Assembly: GCA_964499705.1 (NCBI GenBank)
Contig: CAZCME010000006.1
Location: 62,001 to 126,000, forward strand
DNA from: an uncultured bacterium
GTDB lineage: Bacteria; UBA8481
Direction of reading: 5' to 3'
Length of the DNA stretch: 64,000 nucleotides
The translations under genes and the position numbers were made by a program. This document shows positions 9,208 through 19,157 of this stretch, piece after piece. A model generated the notes under the pieces. The model made no database searches and had not been told where the DNA came from. It saw only the letters and a list, made by a program, of their open reading frames with translations. Numbering within the stretch: position 1 is the first letter of the stretch; each line of letters starts with the position of its first letter.

Positions 9208-10086
9208 TCAAGAAATCTCCGGCAGATATCGTTTTTCCGCCTCCCGCAGCTCCGGCATGTTGGAGAGTCGAAACACTTCCTTCAGGGTCGCGACCTTCTC
9301 CTCGATCGAGAGGAGCGATTTCTTCTCGAAGAGTTCGGCGGCGATCGATTTCATGGTGAGGATGTTCGCCCGCAGGATGTGGTTGGCCCAGATGATCATG
9401 CTGACTCCGGCTTCCTCCCAGACGGACGTGGGCGTCCTGTAGAACATCGTCGGGACGATGATGACGGGAAGGGCATTCTTCCATTCCGTGAGGAACGAGA
9501 GGATCTCCTCGGGCCCCGGCTTGTTGCTGTGTATGAAGATCGCATCCGCGCCCGCGTCGCGATACGCGTGCGCGCGCCTCAGCGCTTCTTCGAGCCCAAG
9601 GCCGGCGATGAAGGCCTGAACGCGGGCGATGACGCAGAAGTCGGGATCCTTCTGCGTGTCCTTCACGGCCCGGATCTTGCCGGCGAATTCCGCGGACGAA
9701 GCGAGAGGCATCTGAAGCTCAAGCAGGGAATTGGTCTTCGGGAAGAGATTGTCCTCGATGCACATCGCGGCGACCCCGCGATGTTCCAGCTTGGCGACGA
9801 GACGCCGGGCCGTGTTGAAGTCTCCGTAACCCGTGTCCGCATCGAGCATGATCGGTACCTGCGTCGCGTCGCACATGAACTCGACGATCTCGAGCGTCTG
9901 CGTCCAGCTCAGCTCATTGTTGTCCCGGACGCCCATGGCACTGGAGATCCCGAGCCCTCCCGCCCAGATGCCCTTGAATCCTGCTTCCTCCACGATCCGC
10001 GCGGAAAGCGCGTCGTAGGCATGGCAGACAAATTCCGTGGACGGAGATTCGATCATTTGCCGGAAAAGCCGCGTCTTGGTCGTCAT
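9208..10086 (-). CDS. pepM: Phosphoenolpyruvate mutase (divergent)
   Basis: ICL/PEPM fold motifs GVRD.NE, LDADTGYG, EDNLFPKTNS (canonical EDKxFPKxNS), IIVPT; ATG 10086 overlaps the upstream stop. Confidence 0.8.
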   Translation of the reverse strand: MTTKTRLFRQMIESPSTEFVCHAYDALSARIVEEAGFKGIWAGGLGISSAMGVRDNNELSWTQTLEIVEFMCDATQVPIMLDADTGYGDFNTARRLVAKLEHRGVAAMCIEDNLFPKTNSLLELQMPLASSAEFAGKIRAVKDTQKDPDFCVIARVQAFIAGLGLEEALRRAHAYRDAGADAIFIHSNKPGPEEILSFLTEWKNALPVIIVPTMFYRTPTSVWEEAGVSMIIWANHILRANILTMKSIAAELFEKKSLLSIEEKVATLKEVFRLSNMPELREAEKRYLPEIS

Positions 10087-11138
10087 GAGAGGGAACCAAT
10101 CCTGGCCCTGAGCGCCGCCGGATCGATTTCCTGATGGATCGGGAAACAGACCGTGCGCTTCCAATTTTCAAGCGCGTCCGAGCCCCGCTCGACAAGCTCC
10201 CGGGGCAATGTCGGCCAGGAATGGACATCGATTTCGTTTCGATACCCCCAGTCGAACCATGCGCGGCTCTCGTCCGCCGAACGCGTCCACGCCGGAAACA
10301 CCATGGGCGCGCACGTGCCGTCGATTTCGCGGTGGACGGGTTCGATGTCCTGCCGCTCCGCCCACTCCCGCCAGATCCCGTAGAGTTCCCGGCGCCGGCG
10401 CGCCGCATCGTCCAGGTCCTGGCGCTCGAGAAACTGATCCGTCTTGATGTCCATGTTCCAATCCCTCCTCACGGTGTCACGGAAATGATCCTGCGAATCA
10501 TACGGCAGGGGCGGAAGAAATTTTCTCCGCAGCCAGTTGCTCTGTTCCAGGAATCGCCTCTTGTGAAATCTCATCTGCTCCCGGATCAGGTTCATCGGTT
10601 CCAGTCCGGAAAGCGCCGTTTTCGGGAGAACCAGGCCATCCCTCGCGTAGAGATATGCGCCATTCACGACGCCGAACGTTTTCCGCGGAGTCGAAAATCC
10701 GATGTCTCCGAAGCGCCCCAGCAATAATTCATACCGTCGTCCACCGTAACCATGGGCGTTGTCCTCGACGAGAAAGATCGAACGCGCACGGCAGAAGGCC
10801 TGGAAACGATCGATGTCCTGCGGTATGCCGAAATAATGAATCATGATAAGCGCCTTTGTATCCGAGGTCGCGGCGGATTCCAGGTGTTCCCAGTCCGGTG
10901 TGAAATCGCGACGAATCCTGTAATAAACCGCGTTCATGCCCTTTTCACGGAGAGGCACCAGAAGAGAACGGCACGTCATTTCGGGCACAAGGATTTCCGC
11001 GCCTTGCCCCAGGCCAAGCGCTTGCAGGCCGTATTTCAGGGCTGTCCGCCCATACGCGAATTTCCGCGGCGTTTCGTCGAGGATTGGCTGACGTCCGAGA
11101 AATTCCGTGTACGCGACGGACGGCTTCCTGTGGATCAA
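10083..11138 (-). CDS. DegT/DnrJ-like PLP-dependent aminotransferase (divergent)
   Basis: GRTAL, IHYFG, EDNAH, FSTPRKT (PLP lysine position); TTG overlaps the racemase stop. Confidence 0.8.
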   Translation of the reverse strand: MIHRKPSVAYTEFLGRQPILDETPRKFAYGRTALKYGLQALGLGQGAEILVPEMTCRSLLVPLREKGMNAVYYRIRRDFTPDWEHLESAATSDTKALIMIHYFGIPQDIDRFQAFCRARSIFLVEDNAHGYGGRRYELLLGRFGDIGFSTPRKTFGVVNGAYLYARDGLVLPKTALSGLEPMNLIREQMRFHKRRFLEQSNWLRRKFLPPLPYDSQDHFRDTVRRDWNMDIKTDQFLERQDLDDAARRRRELYGIWREWAERQDIEPVHREIDGTCAPMVFPAWTRSADESRAWFDWGYRNEIDVHSWPTLPRELVERGSDALENWKRTVCFPIHQEIDPAALRARIGSLS

Positions 11139-11833
11139 GAAGATCGCCTCGGCTCTTCCAGGCCTTTCCCGATCCGGATCAATCTCTCGATGTATACCCG
11201 GTTCGCGCTCACGATCGTGTATCCCGCCCGCTTTCCTTCGGAAAATGCCATCGGCAGTTCGGAGCAGGCCAGGAGGAGGCAGTCGATGCTCGAATACTTC
11301 GTCGCGATCCGGCTGAGCAAGCGTTCCTTCTCCGATTCATGCGGCGAGCCGGTCTTCAATTTCTCGATCAGCTCCACGGCCAGGTCGTTGTCCTCTTTCT
11401 CCATGTAGCAGGCCTGAGGCAGGAACCGATCGTAGACGCGCCGCGTCACCGTCACGAACGCGCCCATGATGAGCACTCTCCGATAACCCGCGAGGTGCGC
11501 GGAGACCGTCTCCACCATGTCGATCCAGGGAATCTCCAGAGCGGGCGCGACGTCGGGATAGAAATAGTGAGCGGAGTTGCAAGGCACCGCGATGAAATCG
11601 CATCCGGCCGCGGCCAGTTTTTTTCCGGAACGGATCATCGCGTTCACCGGGCTCTCTTCCCCGTACAGGAGCGCTCTCGTGCGGCTCGGAATCGTCACGT
11701 CGTTGTCGATGATCACGTGGAGATGGTCCCAGTCCTTCGCGGCGTCCGTGCGCCGCACCAGTTCGGAGAAGAAGTCGGCCGTGGCGGCGGGGCCCATGCC
11801 CCCGATAATGCCCAGGACCCTGCCGGCGATCAT
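11135..11833 (-). CDS. Aspartate/glutamate racemase family protein
   Basis: GIIGGMGP.AT, two catalytic cysteine motifs PCNSAH and LACSELP. Confidence 0.9.
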   Translation of the reverse strand: MIAGRVLGIIGGMGPAATADFFSELVRRTDAAKDWDHLHVIIDNDVTIPSRTRALLYGEESPVNAMIRSGKKLAAAGCDFIAVPCNSAHYFYPDVAPALEIPWIDMVETVSAHLAGYRRVLIMGAFVTVTRRVYDRFLPQACYMEKEDNDLAVELIEKLKTGSPHESEKERLLSRIATKYSSIDCLLLACSELPMAFSEGKRAGYTIVSANRVYIERLIRIGKGLEEPRRSS

Positions 11834-12612
11834 GAACGCTCGGTCACGGCCATACCCGCGGTCGATTGATCGAATCGGAAGATCTCCTCGGCGCGCCGGA
11901 GATCGTTCAGATCGTCAATTTCGTACCAGGGAAGTCCTGTGATGTCGCAGATGGAAATGGGCGACTCCTCATAATGCCGCGCAATCACCTGCTCAAACCA
12001 CGTCCCCGTCTTTCCAGCGCCGACGTCGTCGCCCAGCCAGCGGCCGAGCGCTTTCCCGAAATCGGCGTGGAGAAGCAGGACGCCGCCGGACTTGAAATAG
12101 TTGGCGCGATATTCGTCGAGCTTCTGCTTCACGACGCGGAGCTCGACGATCCGTCCGGACGGATCCGTGACCATCATGGAACCCGTTATATCGGGCGTGA
12201 ACCGTACGCCCGCCCAGCAGCTTCGGGATGCGCCCATCGCGAATACCGCCTTCAGCACATCCGGCCCGAAGATGCAATCCGCCTCGATGAGGAGGCTTCC
12301 TTCAGCGAGATACTCCCGCCCCAGCCATGTCGAATACATCGAATTCGTGGTCCGGTAGACCTCGCTCTCGATGTAGGTCACTTTCATCGGACCGAACGCG
12401 CTTCCGTATCTCTTCATGATCGCTTCCTTAAGGTATCCGACAATGATCGCGCAATCGCTGATGCCGGCTTTCTGAAGCTCTTCGAGCGTGTTGTCGAGTA
12501 GCGGCTTCCCGTTCACTTCCGTCAGCGATTTCGGCATCTGGCTCGTGATGGGCATGAGCCGAGTTCCCATCCCGGCGGCCAGGATGACAGCTTTCTGGAT
12601 CGGCTCACTCAC
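11830..12612 (-). CDS. NTP transferase, phosphocholine/phosphonate cytidylyltransferase (LicC/PntC-like)
   Basis: AVILAAGMGTRL..PKSL, TNSMYS, IEAD, WYEIDDLND. Confidence 0.85.
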   Translation of the reverse strand: MSEPIQKAVILAAGMGTRLMPITSQMPKSLTEVNGKPLLDNTLEELQKAGISDCAIIVGYLKEAIMKRYGSAFGPMKVTYIESEVYRTTNSMYSTWLGREYLAEGSLLIEADCIFGPDVLKAVFAMGASRSCWAGVRFTPDITGSMMVTDPSGRIVELRVVKQKLDEYRANYFKSGGVLLLHADFGKALGRWLGDDVGAGKTGTWFEQVIARHYEESPISICDITGLPWYEIDDLNDLRRAEEIFRFDQSTAGMAVTERS

Positions 12613-12629
12613 GGCGCAGCCCCGATCCT

Positions 12630-13301
12630 TTAATATGAGGTGGGATTCGCGGAGCGGGTGGATTGCGGTTGTTCGGCCCGAGAGGACGCGGCCTCGGCGG
12701 AGCGGGCGGGCGGGTGTTCAGACTGCCGTGGGGCGGCGACCGGCGAAGGCTTGGACGTAGCCCGGGCTTTGAAGGGCCATGCCGGCTTCGGTGTTTCCGG
12801 CGCGGGGCTCGGGGCCGCCTCGACGGACGTGTCGGCGGGTTTCTTGCCGCGGAGCTGTTTCCAGCCCTCCTTGAGAATCTCGATATCGTCCGCCGTGAGC
12901 GCGGCATCCGGATGGAGCGTCACGTACTGCGCCGGAGGCATTTCGTCGTCCGCGACCTCCGCCAGCATTTTCTTGAAGACTTTCCGGCGGGATTTTGCCG
13001 ACATGTCATCCCAATTCGAGAGATTCAGCTCTTTCCTGCCCTTTTCGATATCCCGGTCGATGACGGAAGACGCATAGGGCAGCGCGGAATACCACGGATA
13101 TCGAGTCTCGTTGCTGTGGCAGTCGAAACAGGCTTTTCGCAGCACGCCTTCCACGTCGGCGGAAACGATCGGCTGCGTGTGCCGCTTCGGCGGAGAAACG
13201 CGGGACTGCGAAAGCGCCCACGAGCCCACAAAGCAGAGGTTAAAGAAGGCAAACATGGATATCAACAGGTAAACGAATATTTTCCGTTTCGAAATAACCA
13301 T
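12630..13301 (-). CDS. Membrane-anchored c-type haem-binding protein (Haem_bd-like) with Pro/Ala-rich tail
   Basis: N-terminal TM, CFDCH, ETRYPWY, GRKELN, EMPP. Confidence 0.85.
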   Translation of the reverse strand: MVISKRKIFVYLLISMFAFFNLCFVGSWALSQSRVSPPKRHTQPIVSADVEGVLRKACFDCHSNETRYPWYSALPYASSVIDRDIEKGRKELNLSNWDDMSAKSRRKVFKKMLAEVADDEMPPAQYVTLHPDAALTADDIEILKEGWKQLRGKKPADTSVEAAPSPAPETPKPAWPFKARATSKPSPVAAPRQSEHPPARSAEAASSRAEQPQSTRSANPTSY

Positions 13302-13386
13302 GCGTTTATCCTACAATAACGGCGATCTCAGTCCAACTTATTTTTCACGTTTTCGCTGCAAAAAAGGCGCTCCATTCACCGAACCA

Positions 13387-13884
13387 TCATTTCAAGGGAA
13401 TCAGACTCACATTGCTAATGATCCACTCTCCGTCCGCCCCTTTTCGTGCCCTCCCCCATACGACCAGGTTTTGACCCGGAATAATCCGCCATTCGCGTTC
13501 CTTGAATCCCTCGTACCGTCTCGCGCGCAGATTTCTGAAGCCCTCCTCATCGACCTCCTGAAGAGGCGTATCCAGCTTCACGTCGCCATCCGAAAGCCGG
13601 ATCCGCAGTCCCTTGGCGTATGCCACGATATCGATCAGGCGCCTCTTCCGCCAGGGAGTCCTGCGTCTGGAGGCAAGTCCCCAGGCGCGATAATGATAGG
13701 CGCAGCACATCCGATGCTTCACGGGCGAGCACAGAAGTTCCTCGCATTCCAGTTGCCCCATCAGGCAGACCGGTCCCAGCCTGATCCCTTCTTTTAGCGT
13801 CGTCGGCCGGGGACGCATGAAACCATAAGAGACCAGCGATTCGCGAATCCTCTCGAGAAAGCGAAGAAGGATGTTCTTGTCCAT
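13387..13884 (-). CDS. Hypothetical protein (weak resemblance to GIDE-like beta domains)
   Basis: Fills the intergenic space in operon orientation; L.SP...C.AY.Y and G..LVVWG patterns. Confidence 0.5.
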   Translation of the reverse strand: MDKNILLRFLERIRESLVSYGFMRPRPTTLKEGIRLGPVCLMGQLECEELLCSPVKHRMCCAYHYRAWGLASRRRTPWRKRRLIDIVAYAKGLRIRLSDGDVKLDTPLQEVDEEGFRNLRARRYEGFKEREWRIIPGQNLVVWGRARKGADGEWIISNVSLIPLK

Positions 13885-13898
13885 GGATCAATAAGCGG

Positions 13899-15254
13899 TC
13901 AGGAAGCGGGATCGACGGCGGAGCTCCGGTCGATCCGCTCCATCACGGGCACATCGAACTCCCGTTCTTCCGCGGGGATCGTCCCGAGCCTGTCCATCAC
14001 GAGAGCCCGGGCCCGGCGCGTTCCGGATATTTTCCAGGTCGCGCGCGCCGCCTCTCTCCCGCTTCCCCCGCTCCCGGCATGCCTGGTTGCTCTCCGCAAG
14101 GAGCCCAGCCCGAATCGGACGAAGAGCGTGAACAAGACCTTCATCATGTGGCGGGGCGTCAGGAGGACATTGTTCAGCCACTGGTTGGCGAGCGGACACG
14201 CGCATCGCCCCTCCGCGATGTAGCGCTTGGAAGCCAGGGCGCGATCAGAACCGAGCAACCGGAAGACGTCGAAATCCCACTCCCGAACATTGCCAAGCGC
14301 CTGGTCGCTTCCCAGGACGCAGCATGGCCAGATCTCGCCATTGTAGTTCATATGAATATTGGAGTGCCCCGCGTAGCAAGGTGTCACCTGCCTGCGTTCC
14401 TTCAGGATCCGCACGGCCACGTCGTAATACACGAGCCGGACGGCTTCCGTCGTTCGCGTCAGAAGCGCCTTGCCGGAAACATTCTCCAGGATCTTGCGCT
14501 TGAAATTTTCCGTCAACGCCTCATACACGTCCGCCGGCGGCGTGATGGGATCTCCCAGGTTGAAAAATTCCGATCGCTGCTCCGCGATCTCGTGCCGGTA
14601 CGATTCCACGCCGCGCTCGTGCACCCAATCCTCGATGGCATCGAGATGATCGATGTTGTGATTGGAGATCACCGTGCCGAGATCGACGTGCAGCCTTGGA
14701 TTCTTCCGCCGCAGCGCCAGCAGCACGTCGAGCGTCTGCTCGAGCCGGTGGAAATTCCCCGCGTAGCCGCGCACGTGATCATGCAGGGTTCCGACGCCGT
14801 CGATCGACGGCTTGATGGAGATCGGAACCGAGATGTCGGCCAGTTCATCCATGTACTTGAGGATCTGCTCCGTGGTTCGCCCGATCGTGAGCGGGGAGAT
14901 GGCATTGGTGGGGATATGGATCAGGCGAGGCTTGAGATGCACCAGGGCCAGGCGAACGATTTCCGCGAGATCCCGCCTCAGGAACGGTTCTCCACCGGAA
15001 ATGTTGAAGAAATACACCGGCCCCAGCGACCGGAATACCTTCTCGATCTCCTCCAGCGTCAGGTTTTCCTTCGCCAGTCGCGGATTCGCGAGAAAGCGGT
15101 TTCCGATATTGCAGGTCAGGCACCGGCTCTGGCAGGCCGCCGTCACCGAGAACGTGAGCGTCAACGGGCGCGTCGTCCGGATCCAACCCCGGCGCGCCGC
15201 CTCATACAGGATCGCGCGCGGCGCGACGGTCGTCAGGTAGTCCCGCATCTTCAC
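13899..15254 (-). CDS. Radical SAM protein with SPASM/twitch domain
   Basis: CQSRCLTC, SGGEPF, SIDG, CYAG...GEIWPCC, CAC; GTG overlaps the upstream stop. Confidence 0.9.
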   Translation of the reverse strand: MKMRDYLTTVAPRAILYEAARRGWIRTTRPLTLTFSVTAACQSRCLTCNIGNRFLANPRLAKENLTLEEIEKVFRSLGPVYFFNISGGEPFLRRDLAEIVRLALVHLKPRLIHIPTNAISPLTIGRTTEQILKYMDELADISVPISIKPSIDGVGTLHDHVRGYAGNFHRLEQTLDVLLALRRKNPRLHVDLGTVISNHNIDHLDAIEDWVHERGVESYRHEIAEQRSEFFNLGDPITPPADVYEALTENFKRKILENVSGKALLTRTTEAVRLVYYDVAVRILKERRQVTPCYAGHSNIHMNYNGEIWPCCVLGSDQALGNVREWDFDVFRLLGSDRALASKRYIAEGRCACPLANQWLNNVLLTPRHMMKVLFTLFVRFGLGSLRRATRHAGSGGSGREAARATWKISGTRRARALVMDRLGTIPAEEREFDVPVMERIDRSSAVDPAS

Positions 15255-16027
15255 GTGGTCTTCTCCCCCAGCACGAACGTCAGGTGCGCATAGAACAGTT
15301 TCACCAGGAAGGGCAGCGGAACCGCTTCGCAGAGATACATCGCCCTGATCTTGAGGGGATATCGACCGGTCTTCATCCATTCCAGGGTACGACTGTCCCA
15401 CTCGATCCTGTTCAGGTCGACGTTCTTGCGATGGAGCTTCATGTCGCGGATCCCGAGCGAGTCCGGGTAAGGCGGACAATCGACCGCGCCGCGTTCCGCG
15501 ATGTGGAGCCCCTGGTCACGGAACAGGTTCATCACGAAAAACGGATTCATGTACCGGATATCGCCATGGTTCCAGGGCACGTCGAAGATCCGATGAGCCA
15601 TGCGGTGCGAGAAAAATCCGGGATTAAAGCGATTCACGGCGATGAAGAGCACATCCCGGCGGCTGAGCCGGATCATTTCCTTCAGGAGCGCGGGCTTGTC
15701 GGCCTGCTGCGAAAGAGACATGAAATTCCAGACCAGGTCGTAGGACCCGGAAGCCAGTTCCGTCGCGTCCGGGCGCCCGCACTCGATATGATGAACCGGA
15801 AGATTCAGCCGCGTCCACGCCGGTCGCGAGCGCGGCTCGGAATTCACAAGTGTCACTTCGCATCCGGCCTCGGCGAACGCGAGCGAATAGAGGGAGGGCA
15901 TGGCCTTCTCCCCTTTCGCCGGAATCTCCAGGACGGTCCGGATTCCGCGCTCGCGCACCAGCCGCCGGAAGAGCTTGCGGAGGGCGTAGCGTTCGAAATC
16001 CAGTCCCTTGCCTTCCATCTCAACCAC
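15251..16027 (-). CDS. SAM-dependent methyltransferase-like protein
   Basis: Rossmann-like pattern VLEIPAKG, SYDLVWN, LLKEMIRLS. Confidence 0.65.
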   Translation of the reverse strand: MVEMEGKGLDFERYALRKLFRRLVRERGIRTVLEIPAKGEKAMPSLYSLAFAEAGCEVTLVNSEPRSRPAWTRLNLPVHHIECGRPDATELASGSYDLVWNFMSLSQQADKPALLKEMIRLSRRDVLFIAVNRFNPGFFSHRMAHRIFDVPWNHGDIRYMNPFFVMNLFRDQGLHIAERGAVDCPPYPDSLGIRDMKLHRKNVDLNRIEWDSRTLEWMKTGRYPLKIRAMYLCEAVPLPFLVKLFYAHLTFVLGEKTT

Positions 16028-16153
16028 GTTGTCCGACCTCGCAGGAATCCCGCGCAGGAAGCGTCGCCGTCGCCGCCGGATGTATCGCGGCGACGAACGA
16101 ATCCTGTCGCTGGGGAGGCAATAAGTATAGTCTTAACCGCGGTGACTGGACAG

Positions 16154-17158
16154 GTGAGTCTTTTCTCGGATTTCCGCGATGCAGGAACAATCCTGGTGAC
16201 CGGAGGCAGCGGCTTCATAGGGGGCAGGCTCGCGTGCGCGCTTCTCGACGCCGGTCTGCGGGTGCGCGTCCTCTCGCGCGCCCCGTCACAGCTGGCCGGC
16301 CGCGCGGCTCCGGAAATCTTCATCGGCGATCTTCGGGACGAGGCGAGCCTTGCCGGCATCGAGGAGGGCGTGACCCATGTTTTTCACGCCGCCGCGCTCC
16401 TCGGCACCTGGGGAACGCCCGACGCCGATCTCGTGGAAGTGAATGTCAGGGGCACGGCGAGGCTGCTCGCCCGGTTCTCATCCTCCTCCTCGCTGAGGCA
16501 ATTCGTGCACGTGAGCGCTGGCGGCGTGACGGGTCCAATGGATCATGTGCCGGCCGATGAAGAGACTCCATGCCGCCCCGTGACGGCATACGAGCGTACC
16601 AAGTATGAAGCGGAACTGTTGGCACTGTCCCGCGCGGCTGACATGGGGATCCCTCTCGTCGTGGCTCGACCGACATTTACATACGGCCCCGGCGATCCGC
16701 ACAAGCTTCCGCTCTTCCGCGCCGTGCGGCGCGGACACATGGTCTTCCTGGACGGCGGCATGAGCGTGAACCATCCGGCGTACATCGACGATGTAATCGA
16801 GGGCCTGCTGCTCGTCTCCGCGCGAGGCCGAAATCGCGATGTGTACATCATCGGAGGCACGCGCCCCGTCTCCAAGCGCGAGTTCGTCTTCGCCATCGCC
16901 GATGCCCTGGGCGCGCCTCGCCCGCGAGTCTCCATTCCGAGCTGGGCGGCACGGCCCGCCGCCCGGGGTATGGAGGCGCTCGGATCCGTGCTTGGTTTCG
17001 AGCCGATCCTCACGACTTCGAGGGTGCTGATGATGAGTGGAAACTTCGGATACTCGATCGAGAAGGCTGTCCGCGAAGTCGGGTTCCTGCCGCGCACAGA
17101 CATCACGAAGGGAATCCATGACACGGTGGACTATTACAGGCGCAGGAATCTGATATGA
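16154..17158 (+). CDS. NAD-dependent epimerase/dehydratase
   Basis: ILVTGGSGFIG, YERTK (YxxxK), RPTFTYGPGD; ORF-track start at 15284 is an overextension. Confidence 0.9.
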   Translation: MSLFSDFRDAGTILVTGGSGFIGGRLACALLDAGLRVRVLSRAPSQLAGRAAPEIFIGDLRDEASLAGIEEGVTHVFHAAALLGTWGTPDADLVEVNVRGTARLLARFSSSSSLRQFVHVSAGGVTGPMDHVPADEETPCRPVTAYERTKYEAELLALSRAADMGIPLVVARPTFTYGPGDPHKLPLFRAVRRGHMVFLDGGMSVNHPAYIDDVIEGLLLVSARGRNRDVYIIGGTRPVSKREFVFAIADALGAPRPRVSIPSWAARPAARGMEALGSVLGFEPILTTSRVLMMSGNFGYSIEKAVREVGFLPRTDITKGIHDTVDYYRRRNLI

Positions 17159-17231
17159 TCCGACCGTCCCCGGAAAACAGTCGGATAGGCGATCCGTCGG
17201 GCGGATCAACGACACGCGCAAAGGAATTCTC

Positions 17232-19157
17232 ATGGCGATAAATGACGCAATCCCGAATTCCGATTCCGCGGCACCCGCCGCTCCACCGAAGATGCAGAAA
17301 GCCGGGATCGCGGGGCTCATGGCGATCATGGCCTATGGCGCCGTCATCTTCGCCTGGGGTCTTGGCTCGTATGAATTCTGGGAACCCTGGGAACCGAAAT
17401 ACGCCCTCGCCATCCAGGAAATGATGGCGCGCGGCGATTACCTGACCCCTTATCTCGACGATGAAATCCGATGGACCAAGCCGATCCTTCACTACTGGAC
17501 GATTCTTCCGCTGACGATGACGGCCGGAGTCAACGAGTGGACGATGCGCCTGCCGTCGGCGCTCGCCGCGCTGGCGGGGCTCCTTGTAACTTACTTCTGC
17601 ATCTCGCGGATCCGCACGCCGCGCACGGGCCTCATCGCCGCATTCGTCCTGGGATCGACTCCGCAATATTTCTACCTCGCGCGGCAGGCCATGCCCGACA
17701 TGCTCATGGCGGTCTGTCTCCTCGCCGCCATGAATTTCTTCGCCGTCGCGCGTTTCGGCAACGGGGATTCGCGCCGATGGTTTCTTCTCGCCTACGCTTC
17801 TCTTGCGCTCGCCTTCATGACGAAGGGGCCTGTCACGATCGTCCTCGCGTTCGGCGCGATCGGCATTTCCCTGCTCATGGAACTTGGTTCCGACGGCGAA
17901 AACGGAATCCGCAGCTTTACCTTGGATTGGAAGAGCACCATGAACCGCTTTCATATCCTCCCCGGTCTCGCGCTCGCCGGGATCATCGCCCTTCCCTGGT
18001 ATCTCTACATGATGGTCGCCCACTGGCACGGCTTCTGGTCGGAGTTCATCGGTTATGAGAATATCGAGAGGTTTGTCGAGCCGATCCGCGAGCATCACGG
18101 GACGGTGACGTATTACATCGGAACCATCTGCCATGGGATGTATCCGTGGAGCGCCGTGCTGCCGGGAGCGATGATGTTTCTCTTCGCGGATAAATCGGTC
18201 GAAGATCCCGACGCGCGGCAACGCTGGTATTTCATGTCGTGGTTTCTCGCCGCGTTTCTCCTCTTCTCCGCCGCCGGCACGAAGCTCCAGCACTATCTCC
18301 TGCCCGCCGTGGCGCCCATGGCCGTGCTGATCGCGATCTTCTGGGAGGATTACGAGGCGAAGAAACGTCCGGCCTGGGCGATCACGGTCCTCCTGCTCTC
18401 CATTCTCTTTCTCTACCTGCCCATCCGCGATTTCATCGTCGAAGGAAACCGGGACATCCTCGGCAACTTCACAAACCGCCGCTCCATCCATGTGGACGGC
18501 TTGAACCGCATGCTGATCTTCGTTCTCGCGGCATGGACGCTCACCGGAATCGCCGGCGCCACGGTCGCCCGCGGCTCGCGCTTCGTCGCCGGCGCCTGCA
18601 TCTATATCGCCGTCCTGAATGCCGGCTTCTTTTCTCTCCATGTTCTCCCCCGCCACACGGTCCGGGACGCGCGCAATGTCACTCCCTATACTTCGCTCGT
18701 TTCGGAACGGATGAAGAACGGCGCCGAACTCGTCGTGTACGGAAAAATGCGTTACTCGGCCTATTACTACGCGGGGAGAAAGCACGTGACAAACTTCGAG
18801 GAGGACGAGACGGACTCGTTCCTTCAATTTGTCCGGGACAAGCCCGAGGTGTATGTCATCGTCCAGGACAATTTCACGACTGCGCTGGGGAAGAAGTTGA
18901 AGAGGAAGACGGAGCACTACTGGAAAAAACTCTCCGCCGAGGTGGACGACTACGACCTGATCGGAGGCCGGATCGGGAGGCCCTGGCCTGAACCGGACAC
19001 ATCCGTTGTCGAGCGGGAGATCTCAGCCGCGGCCGATCGGATTCCTTTGGAAGATCCGGATGCGGAGGACTCGACCGATCGAGACCGCACCGGAACCGGT
19101 TCACCATCACGGGATACGCCGGCTTCGACGGCTCCGCCGGCACCCGGTCAGATGTAG
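17232..19157 (+). CDS. ArnT/PMT-type GT-C glycosyltransferase
   Basis: WEPKYA..EM, KPILHYW, RLPSAL, D-ML, MTKGP, KLQHYLLP; many TMs. Confidence 0.9.
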   Translation: MAINDAIPNSDSAAPAAPPKMQKAGIAGLMAIMAYGAVIFAWGLGSYEFWEPWEPKYALAIQEMMARGDYLTPYLDDEIRWTKPILHYWTILPLTMTAGVNEWTMRLPSALAALAGLLVTYFCISRIRTPRTGLIAAFVLGSTPQYFYLARQAMPDMLMAVCLLAAMNFFAVARFGNGDSRRWFLLAYASLALAFMTKGPVTIVLAFGAIGISLLMELGSDGENGIRSFTLDWKSTMNRFHILPGLALAGIIALPWYLYMMVAHWHGFWSEFIGYENIERFVEPIREHHGTVTYYIGTICHGMYPWSAVLPGAMMFLFADKSVEDPDARQRWYFMSWFLAAFLLFSAAGTKLQHYLLPAVAPMAVLIAIFWEDYEAKKRPAWAITVLLLSILFLYLPIRDFIVEGNRDILGNFTNRRSIHVDGLNRMLIFVLAAWTLTGIAGATVARGSRFVAGACIYIAVLNAGFFSLHVLPRHTVRDARNVTPYTSLVSERMKNGAELVVYGKMRYSAYYYAGRKHVTNFEEDETDSFLQFVRDKPEVYVIVQDNFTTALGKKLKRKTEHYWKKLSAEVDDYDLIGGRIGRPWPEPDTSVVEREISAAADRIPLEDPDAEDSTDRDRTGTGSPSRDTPASTAPPAPGQM

